Part shown: positions 26,287 to 35,500 of the stretch, one piece after another
Position numbering within the stretch: the stretch's first letter is position 1
Layout: every line of letters starts with the position of its first letter
NCBI RefSeq assembly: GCF_964355755.1
Contig: NC_092673.1
Span: 3,286,001-3,350,000 of the forward strand
Direction of reading: 5' to 3'
DNA from: Antedon mediterranea
Lineage: Eukaryota > Animalia > Echinodermata
Length of the DNA: 64,000 nt
Translations under genes and position numbers: made by a program
Notes under the pieces: generated by a model
Seen by the model: only the letters and a program-made list of their open reading frames with translations
The model's database searches: none
What the model was told of the DNA's origin: nothing

Positions 26287-26358
26287 CACCTTCGACGGAC
26301 TCGAACCCGCAATCCCCGGCTTTGGAGGCCGATGCCTTATCCATTGGGCCACGATGGC
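26287..26358 (-). pseudogene. tRNA-Arg-derived copy with CCA (Trp) anticodon
   Basis: Loop CTCCAAA, 1-nt T-stem deletion, one acceptor-stem mismatch. Confidence 0.75.
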
Positions 26359-26449
26359 TCGTTCTGAAAACTTAAACATAAAACAGACCAAAATTGAAGT
26401 ATATAGATTGTGCCAACCAAGAATTTGGGTAAAAATAAACAAGAAATTA

Positions 26450-26522
26450 CACCTCCGACGGGACTCGAACCCGCAATCCCCGGCTTAGGAGGCCGATGCC
26501 TTATCCATTGGGCCACGGAGGC
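26450..26522 (-). tRNA. tRNA-Arg(CCT)
   Basis: Intact 73-nt copy. Confidence 0.95.
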
Positions 26523-26605
26523 TCGTTGTACAATATTAAATAGAAAACAGACTAAAATTTAAGTTAAAATTGTGCCAACCAAGAATTTGGATAAAAATAA
26601 ACGTG

Positions 26606-26678
26606 CACCTCCGACGGGACTCGAACCCGCAATCCCCGGCTTAGGAGGCCGATGCCTTATCCATTAGGCCACGGAGGC
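26606..26678 (-). tRNA. tRNA-Arg(CCT)
   Basis: Intact copy, GGCCTAATGG D-arm variant. Confidence 0.95.
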
Positions 26679-26756
26679 TTGTTAAGAAATTAAAATAAAC
26701 CCAAATTGGAGTCGAGAGTGGGTCAACCAAGTATTTAGATAAAAATACATCAGTTA

Positions 26757-26851
26757 CACCTCCGACGGGACACGAACCCGTAATCCCCGGCTTACGAACA
26801 CGTAATCCCCGGCTTAGGAGGCCGATGCCTTATCCATTAGGCCACGGAGGC
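26757..26851 (-). pseudogene. tRNA-Arg(CCT) with a 22-nt internal tandem duplication
   Basis: Units 26773-26794 and 26795-26816; T-loop TTCGTGT (A58 lost). Confidence 0.8.
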
Positions 26852-26919
26852 TTGTTGAAAGTAAACGAAAATTGCTGTCGAGATTGTGCCAACCAATTAG
26901 ATAAAAATAAGTGATACTA

Positions 26920-26992
26920 TACCTCCGACGGGATTCGAACCCGCAATCCCCGGCTTAGGAGGCCGATGCCTTATCCATTAGGCCACGGAGGC
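26920..26992 (-). tRNA. tRNA-Arg(CCT)
   Basis: Intact cloverleaf, T-loop TTCGAAT. Confidence 0.93.
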
Positions 26993-27070
26993 TTGTTAAG
27001 AAATTAAAATAAACCCAAATTGGAGTCGAGAGTGGGTCAACCAAGTATTTAGATAAAAATACATCAGTTA

Positions 27071-27143
27071 CACCTCCGACGGGACACGAACCCGTAATCC
27101 CCGGCTTAGGAGGCCGATGCCTTATCCATTAGGCCACGGAGGC
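27071..27143 (-). tRNA. tRNA-Arg(CCT), B-box variant
   Basis: Cloverleaf intact but T-loop TTCGTGT. Confidence 0.75.
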
Positions 27144-27211
27144 TTGTTGAAAGTAAACGAAAATTGCTGTCGAGATTGTGCCAACCAATTAGATAAAAAT
27201 AAGTGACAATA

Positions 27212-27284
27212 TACCTCCGACGGAATTCGAACCCGTAATCCCCGGCTTAGAAGGCCGATGCCTTATCCATTAGGCCACGGAGGC
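27212..27284 (-). tRNA. tRNA-Arg(TCT), intronless, derived from the CCT array
   Basis: Same body as the array; anticodon loop CTTCTAA. Confidence 0.85.
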
Positions 27285-27366
27285 TAGTTGACAAAAACAA
27301 AACAAAAACCCAATTTGGAGTCGATATTGGTGCTAACCAAGTATTTAGATAAAATAAGTGATAATA

Positions 27367-27439
27367 CACCTCCGACGGGATTCGAACCCGCAATCTCCGG
27401 CTTAGGAGGCCGATGCCTTATCCATTAGGCCACGGAGGC
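27367..27439 (-). tRNA. tRNA-Arg(CCT)
   Basis: Intact 73-nt copy. Confidence 0.93.
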
Positions 27440-27494
27440 TTGTTGACAAATTGAAAATAAACCCAAATTGGAGTCAAGATTATGCCAACCAAGT

Positions 27495-28490
27495 ATTCGA
27501 ACCCGCAATTCCCGGCTTAGGAGACCTGTTGAACCCACAAATGTGAAAACGCCCACAAATGTGAAAACAACCACAAATGTGAAAACGTATCACCCACAAA
27601 TGTGAAAACAACCACAAATGTGAAAACGCATCACCCACAAATGTGAAAACAACCATAATTGTAAAAAACGCATCACCCACAAATGTGAAAACAGCGCCCA
27701 CAAATGTGAAAAAAAGAGAGATCTTGTCGCCCACAAATGTAAAAAAGAATCCAAATCAAATTTAGTGCTAGACCCAAACAATTTTGATCGAGTTAATGTT
27801 AATGTATATACATTGTATTGAGTTGTTTCAATAATTGTGTGTTCACGATACGTCTGTTAGGGTCGTCGTTAACGCGTTGGATTATTACAATTTACTGCTC
27901 GTGCGCGCGATATTTGCATGTTAACTCGTTGGTGGTTTAATGTACGTATAGTTCAAGACGATATTTGCTGCGCGCATGCACGATACTTCCTTCCAGATCA
28001 AGGCCATGTTATATCATTGTTGCTTGTAGTTGTGTAGTTGTTAACTGGTTGACTTACTATTATGTACGTATAGTTCCAAGTCGATGCAAAAAACATCGAA
28101 CATGGTAATATTCCAACGCGTTAATGACGACCCTAACAGACGTATCGTGAACACACAATTATTGAAACAACTCAATACACATGATATAATGTATTAACTT
28201 GATCAAACTTGTTTGGGTCTAGCACAAAATTTGATTTGATTTTTTTTTACATTTTGTGGGCGATGGTCGTTTTCACATTTTGTGGGCGCTGTTTTATTAC
28301 ATTTGTGGGTGATGCGTTTTCACATTTGTGGTTGTTTTCACATTTGTGGGTGATGCGTTTTCACATTTGTGGTTGTTTTCACATTTGTGGGTGATGCGTT
28401 TTCACATTTGTGGTTGTTTTCACATTTGTGGGCGTTTTCACATTTGTGGGTTCAACAAGGCCGATGCCTTATCCATTAGGCCACGGAGGC
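27495..28490 (-). pseudogene. tRNA-Arg(CCT) split by a transposon insertion
   Basis: 5' half at 28458-28490; anticodon and T-arm part at 27495-27526; 3' end deleted. Confidence 0.85.
27527..28457. mobile_element. Foldback MITE with TGT...ACA termini (Ginger-like)
   Basis: About 340 bp inverted arms starting TGTTGAACCCACAAATGTGAAAAC with internal CCACAAATGTGAAAAC repeats. 5-bp TSD AGACC / AGGCC. Confidence 0.85.
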
Positions 28491-28736
28491 TTGTTGACAA
28501 ATTAAATAAACCCAAATTGGATTCGATATTGTGCTAACCAAGTATTTAGATAAAATAAACAAGACACACCTCCGACGTATTATTATTGCACGCGAGTCAC
28601 GCGCGAGTCAAATGATAAAGCATTTCTGATGAGAAGAATATTGTGAATGTAACAGTCTCCCTCTTCTAACCATCATTCTCAAGGTTTATTGCGTCATAAA
28701 TTGGTAGTTTATAAGCATGAAATAACGCGAGCTTAC

Positions 28737-28867
28737 AACTGGCTATGCCAAGTGGCTACTTCGGTTCTCGGAAATAAATGGAAGTATATTTGACTTTGCT
28801 TCAAAGGCGTTGGTTCGAATCCAGCTCTGAGGTAGCTTTTAAGCCACTAGCGCCGTCCAGTCTTTTT
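28737..28867 (+). ncRNA. vtRNA: Vault-RNA-like gene, long subfamily (v6)
   Basis: AACTGGCTATGCCAAGTGGCTACTTCG...GGTTCGAATCC...AGCCACTAGCGCCGTCCAGTCTTTTT. Confidence 0.83.
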
Positions 28868-29001
28868 ACCTCAAAATACAATTGTTTAAATTTTAAAGAA
28901 CAATTTAATTATTTGTCAATATGCTATAACGACATCATTTAATATTGAAGCACAAATTACAGAATTAACTTTTACTAACCATCTAAAAATCCTCAGACTC
29001 C

Positions 29002-29090
29002 TGGCTGCCTAGCTTTGGGTTCATCGTGGTACAATGTACGTGTTACAAACGGGTTCAAAGGTTTTGGTTCGAATCAAAACGACATTCTAC
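29002..29090 (+). pseudogene. Vault-RNA-like copy lacking its 3' stem (v7)
   Basis: 5' part similar to v9; hairpin GTTTTGGTTCGAATCAAAAC; no CCAGTC-Tn end. Confidence 0.55.
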
Positions 29091-29231
29091 ACCTTCCTTA
29101 GGACCTACCTTCAATGTTTATTATGAATATTTGAGAATAATTTTCTTTTAAAGATAGGATACTAAAACAAACGCAGTGACTGGGCAAATGTACAGCAGCA
29201 TTGTCCTAACTAAAAATAAAAGGGATCAGTA

Positions 29232-29261
29232 TGGGACTCGAACCCGTTAGGCCACGGAGGC
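29232..29261 (-). pseudogene. Internally deleted tRNA-Arg fragment
   Basis: T arm joined directly to the 5' acceptor strand. Confidence 0.6.
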
Positions 29262-29334
29262 TCATTGGAAAATTCAACGTAAACCCAGCAGTCGATATTG
29301 TGCCAACCAAGTATTTAGATAAAAATAAGTCCGA

Positions 29335-29407
29335 CACCTCCGACGGGACCCGAACCCGCAATCCCCGGCTTAGGAGGTCGATGACTTATCCATTAGGCCA
29401 CGGAGGC
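29335..29407 (-). tRNA. tRNA-Arg(CCT), diverged
   Basis: 73-nt copy with D-stem, anticodon-stem and T-loop substitutions. Confidence 0.65.
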
Positions 29408-29492
29408 TTGTTCAATAACTTTAAAAAACCAAATTGAAGTGGGGATTGTGTGCCAACCAAATATTTGGATAAAAATAAACAAGATAGGCCTA

Positions 29493-29565
29493 CACCTTCG
29501 ACGGGACTCGAACCCGCAATCATCGGTTTTAGAGGCCGGTGCCTTATCCATTAGGCCACGGAGGA
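29493..29565 (-). pseudogene. tRNA-Arg-derived pseudogene with CTA anticodon
   Basis: Loop CTCTAAA; two anticodon-stem mismatches. Confidence 0.7.
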
Positions 29566-29765
29566 CATGTAGATTGCTAAATATAAATCAAATATTAGAA
29601 GAAAAAATATTATTTCACGCGTGTCACACGCGAGTCAAATGATAAAGCATTTCTGATGAGAAGGATATTGTGAATGTCTCCCTCTTCTAACCAACCTGGC
29701 ATTCTCAAGGTTAATTATTGCGTCATAAATTGGTAGTTTATAAGCATGAAATAACGCGAGCTTCC

Positions 29766-29894
29766 AACTGGCTAAGCCAAGTGACTGCTTCGGTTCTCGA
29801 AATAGATGGAAGTATGTTTGACTTTGCCTCAAACGCGTTGGTTCGAATCCAACTCTGAGATAGCTTTTAAGTCACTGGCGCCGCCCAGTCTTTT
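29766..29894 (+). ncRNA. vtRNA: Vault-RNA-like gene, long subfamily (v8)
   Basis: Paralog of v6 with the compensatory pair GTGACT/AGTCAC; B box GGTTCGAATCC; T4. Confidence 0.82.
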
Positions 29895-30262
29895 ACAACT
29901 GTAAATTCGATGTAGTTTTTATGTTACATCATTGCAGCCTATTAGTTTGGACAACATTAGGCCTATCACATTTTATCATAAATAAAAAGGAAAATTACAG
30001 AAATAACAATGCTGAATCCGTGCAATAAATTACTGTATTTATTCAAATAAACGCCCCTGGGGTGTAATTTGGTAGCATATATTCTATATATTTATTCCAA
30101 AAATTATGTTCTATTTATTCAAAGTCAAATAATCGAACAACTACGGTATATCATAGATTATCAAAAATAGGCTATAGTATACAGCATGACCGTCGTCATC
30201 CAGTTGCACAAAATTGCATCATCGATGTCATCTTTAAAACCACCGAAAACTATCAGACTATC

Positions 30263-30378
30263 GGCTGGTTTAGCTTTGTGGCTTCATCGTGGTACAATGG
30301 AAGTATTTTTGAAATGGATTCAAAAGTTGTTGGTTCGATTCCAACCGATATTCTGCCACTGGCGCTGTCCAGTTTTTT
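30263..30378 (+). ncRNA. vtRNA: Vault-RNA-like gene (v9)
   Basis: GGCTGGTTTAGCTTTGTGG...GGTTCGATTCC...GCCACTGGCGCTGTCCAGTTTTTT. Confidence 0.82.
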
Positions 30379-30921
30379 CCGCTTCAAAAATGTAATTTAT
30401 ACATTCACTCTTTCTTTTATTAATTATTAAGCTTTGATTTTTTTAGTGTGTATTTATTATATTTATTATTAATAAGTAATTATAGCCTATATAAATTCAA
30501 TCATAGATAGAAAATGCGGTGTTTGAATCTCTTGATAAAATGTACTTTCATACTAGACATTTAGAAGCCTTGTCTACACTATCAAACTTTATGTGACAAC
30601 AAAATGGTGCCCAGTGATGTGACATCATTATGTCCATATGGGCCCCATATATCGACATGATGATGTTATATCACTACCATAATTTGGACAACTCACTACC
30701 ATATTTGGGCACATCATACTTTTTTTTGTTAAACTAGTTTGATAGTGTAGACAGAGCTTTAGACATCAAAACAAAAAATCTTGTTTTATTTCCCGACATT
30801 CCTTTGCTTTTTCGAATATACTAATATACTGGTCTATATGCGGGAAATATGACATGAATCATTATTATTTCACAATCACGACAGTGCACTGTTCATGAGC
30901 TTATTAACGAATCGCTATCTC

Positions 30922-31023
30922 GACTGGCTAAGCTAAGTAGCTACTTCGTTACAAAGTTGTATGGACGACGACAAGTCGAGAGTTCGAATCTCTGTATTAC
31001 CTACTGGCGCCATCCGGTCTTTT
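30922..31023 (+). ncRNA. vtRNA: Vault-RNA-like gene, short divergent subfamily (v10)
   Basis: GACTGGCTAAGCTAAGTAGCTACTTCG...AGAGTTCGAATCTCT...CTACTGGCGCCATCCGGTCTTTT; stems preserved by compensatory changes. Confidence 0.82.
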
Positions 31024-31408
31024 ATAGCATTCCATTTTTTTTTTATTATGTATATTTTTTTTTCGCTATCATCAAAATGAGTACAAACGTTAGAATATGA
31101 TATTCTTAATTTGAATAAAATTAGTATGAAAGTCGATCAGGTGTTACATCTTTACCTGATATGTTTTTATGTAATGCTTTCCTGTATAAATATGTTTTTT
31201 AATAAATAAATAAAAACAGCATAAATAAACACACGGGCTTTGAACGCCACATAGAAATGTTACTAGTATTTTCTAATTCATGAATATTAATTAATTAGTG
31301 GCAACCATTATGACACCTGTTGCTAAAAATACTTTATATTTTAATCGAAAAACATTGCTTTGTCCAAAAGCAAAACATCATAAGGTACCTAAGAATATAT
31401 AATTGGTA

Positions 31409-31619
31409 AGGCAATCTAACAACAGGACACTGAGCTCTCCTTACCAGGATAGGAACTTGTAACGGTGCTTTGATCTTATGTCTGGCTGCGACAAATACCA
31501 ACAGTAGTACTGTACTCTGTACACTATTCTCTGCACGCGGCGCGTTAAAACTGATCGTGTCGCAGCAAAAGATAAACCCTTTGATCTCCGGAGATCAGCA
31601 ACCTGTTGTTAGATTGCCT
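31409..31619. mobile_element. MITE
   Basis: TIR AGGCAATCTAACAACAGG; flanking direct repeat TGGTA. Confidence 0.7.
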
Positions 31620-32175
31620 TGGTAATACCATGCATAAAAATACTAGAAAAGCCTTTGGTAATCTTGTTATTAAGTAGATTTCGCCGTAAAACGCCTAAAG
31701 ACGTTTGTTTGATGGTTAATTGTAATTTCCATCGATTATTTTTCTTCATATACTTAAAATGCACATAGTGCTATTACCGACATATTAAAGTTAAAATATA
31801 ATTGTTTAATATTAAATTTTAAGTTTTAATACTTCGTTTTTGTGACCGAGCATACACATCATGAAACGCCAAATAATTCGTACATTAAACTAATTAGGTT
31901 AGGTCTACTAAAAAGACATCGAACACACAGAAAATTCAACCATTTAATACAATATTTTTTCATGAAAAAATAAATATTCTAAATAAAATATAGTATATGT
32001 GTATAATTCTATAAATCTAAAAATATACAGTTTTATTAAAGAAATATTTTTTTGTCTAAATTTATTGTATTGTAAACTGTTAAACAGTCATAATTTACTG
32101 TCCATTTCTTGAACATTGTTATAATCATTACATACTTTCAACATACCATATCAAAATTTAAATAAAATAAGTATT

Positions 32176-32401
32176 GTCGTGAGGTAATTTCCCGATTGAT
32201 CGTAATCAAAACGGTACTGGGTTTGGTCTACTAGCGTTCCTGCTCCCAACCAGTACATCCATTCATAGAAGCTTTAATGAAGTAAGCCTACCTGGTGGTG
32301 GCCATAGAACGGTCCCGAGATAACGACTATACTTCGGCTTTAGTCGATAGAAGATTGAAAACATTTTTTGATTACGATCAATCAGGAAATTACCTCACGG
32401 C
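32176..32401. mobile_element. MITE
   Basis: TIR CGTGAGGTAATTTCCCGATTGATCGTAATCAAAA; partial second copy at about 51500-51655. Confidence 0.75.
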
Positions 32402-32511
32402 ATGATGACATAAAACGATAAAGAACAATAGATATAATAATTACTATACATAAAACTACAAATAAGTATTTGGTCTTGATACCATTTGGTCATTTATTTC
32501 TCCTTTGGCTT

Positions 32512-35500
32512 CTAAACTGTATACAAAGATATACCACTTCTGGCGTCTTTGATCCAACTAAGTCTCTTCCCATGGAGTGTGAACTTTGACCAGAGTATAA
32601 TTTGAAGGAACGCACACAGCAGAGGGATGTATACTAAACAGTTAAAACAGCCAAGACGCAACATATCCATATTTCCAGATTCTATGTTTTTCATCTTTAA
32701 AATGCCCCCGCTGTCTGACGCAAAAATATCATATCCTGTTGAGAAAACAGTGTCACATTATAGGGTAAGGAATATCTAATTTCATAATATTATGTTAATT
32801 TAATATTCAGGTGAAATTAGTTACTTGCCCACTCATTTAATACTATAAGGGCGTGTGGCGGAGTGAGTTGGACGTTTCAACTACTGATCGTGAGATCGAT
32901 TTTCGAATTCAACTCTTGCCGCATTGCTTGCTTGTATCCTTAGGCAAGATACTTTACTTACATTTGCCTCTCTCCACCCAGGTGTATAAATGGGAACCTG
33001 GTTAGATCAAGACACAACTTTGTGCTGATTACTAGCTGCATTATGGGAGTATGTTTCCATACGTGTTTGATCAGGAAAAATGACTGGGGTAAAAATGTTC
33101 AGCACTCAGAGGTTTCACAGTATTAGGCGCTAATAAATCCAGGATATTATATTATTATTATATATTTATTTCACTTTTATTTCAAATATCAAAAATCAAA
33201 TTGCGTGTAAAAAAATTAATTTATTAAATAAACATTACCTGTTTCAAATGCAAGAAATGACACTCCAAAAAGAGGCGCCAATGTCTGTCCTGGTTTTGAC
33301 AACAGTGCCGCTGTTCCAAATACTAATGCAGACACGGCTTGTTTGCGCCCATGAATTACGCAATCCTCGTCAACAAGGTCACTTATCACAAGATTTAAGA
33401 GTTTACACGTGCCTTCCGTGAAGATACGATTGCTGATAAGCAAAAAGGGAAACACATTTTTATGATCAATTAAAATGGTTACAAATTGCCTATAAAAAAT
33501 ACTGTATATGTCCCCCTACATTTTTTTTCTTCACATTTTTGTTGAATATGTCATTTCACCTAAAAAAATGCAATTTAAGGCAAAAAATATCTAAATTGTC
33601 TGTCAGACAATATTTTTTGGTTAAAATTAACCGTTTGGTTTGTCTTTTTACAAGTCGAATAATTAAAGAAAATTTTTTTTACAGATGTGATTAACGTTAT
33701 TAGAACTGCAAAATGGGCTATTTAATTAATTTATTTTTTTCATGTTTTTGGGGGACATTATATCTTTAAATTAAAAAATATTATACAAAATGTTTAAATG
33801 TCATATTGGGCTGAAGTGTTTATAACAGCCAACACCTTTATATAACTTGGATCTCTGGGTCACCCGATTCACAGTGCTGTATCTCCACATACTATCTACT
33901 TCTGAAGTATCATACGAATATTTGGTAATACGGTACAGCATCTCAATTATTTGACATGTGGTGCCTGTATCATGTAGGTTAGGTTACAGGATAAGGATAC
34001 ATGTGAAACACATGGCATGGTGTATTACCAAATATTCTTATGATACTTTGGAAATAGATACAGTACCGAGAATCGGCTGCTTTTGTTGCCATTGTTACTT
34101 TAGTTTCGGGTTTCTTTTTTTGATAATTTTGGGAGAGGACCAATCTGCTATTTTCCATTTCAAACTCACCTCGCAATGAACAAACACAGAATGACAACAT
34201 GATTTGGTCCAATAAAAAACATGAAAAGACTAAGAGCAAACTTGATGTAGAACAGATATTGTATAACGGTATACACGCTATATTTACGACAAAGCGAGAG
34301 GAAGTAGAGATTGTTGATATGAGGAGCCATGAATGAAGCTCCCAGAAGCAACGATGCGGTTGAGGATGATAGCTGATCACCAAGAAGAAGTTCCAAGAAC
34401 AACGGGAAGAAATTACTGTTAAAATGACAATGGAAAACCTACAAAATTGACAAAATTGAAAACACACCAGTAACTAAATCAACATCATAATAAATATGCA
34501 TATTTATTATATTGTTATCAATTAACTAAGCTATATGTTTGAAAATGGAATTGCCAATTATAAAAGTTAATTTAAGGAGGATAATGTATTTATTAAATGC
34601 TTTGTTGAATAAAAAAAATAAATAACAAATATGCATATTTATTAAGCATCGCCATACAGCCATCAGATCAAAGCTACTCCCTTGGACTACTATACTAATT
34701 TAATTGTCCACTTTTTTTAATGTAAATTGGATGAGGCAATGCAAGTAGATGGCTTATCAAAGATATGACCACATAACTTAAAACATTTAGAATTAATGAA
34801 CATTGCTTTATTTGTATTGGCTTTTGACAATAACTCTCAACATTGAGTTTCCAATCATTTTTGTCTGTGATAGAATGGTTTGCTTTAAGGCCAATTTACA
34901 CAGACGAGAGCGGTAACAGTAAGCAGAAAACCGCATAGCTTGTCCCACGTAGAATTAGAAGAATCTGTATGGAAACCGCCAGTCAGCTCCATGCTTTGTG
35001 TAAATGGTCATACTATGATATGGAATCTATATTTTTATTACCGTTACCACTCGTCTGTGTAAATAGTCAAAAAAGTCAAATGATACCCCTCTCTGATTGG
35101 TCAATTATTTACCTGTATAAGATTCATTGCAGCAAACCAATGGAAGTTGGAATGTTTCCTCAACTGTTTCACAAACACTTTAAAAGACACTTCTGTTGGC
35201 TCATCAGCATAGCTATTTAAGTCTAAACTTGGACTGGTAAAAAGGATATGATGGTTATAAAACGAATCTGAATAACAGTGAAACAGTATGGCATACAAAT
35301 AAATACAATTTAAAATCACTGTATTCACATGATCAAATATAATCCCCACTCAATTTGTGCTAACCTCAAACACATTATCTTTCCCCTATCATAACCCCAT
35401 GGTAAACTGATACTCCTTGTCCTTGGGTTCAGGATAAAATAATTAATTTGTAAAATTATTCCCGGTATTAGAATTTTTTCCCACACCCAATACCATTCTC

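Noticed and set aside
25810-27480. Regular repeat-spacer pattern resembling a CRISPR array
   Set aside because: The repeats are 73-nt tRNA cloverleaves, the spacers are homologous to each other, the context is eukaryotic and there are no cas genes.
27480-28537. ORFs with FSHLW and FHICG repeats
   Set aside because: Translations of the MITE subterminal repeats.
21102-31023. Vault-like units interpreted as tRNA genes or tRNA-derived SINEs
   Set aside because: No cloverleaf, no tails or TSDs, confined to one cluster on one strand, end-to-end stem with immediate terminator, and a fixed upstream motif.
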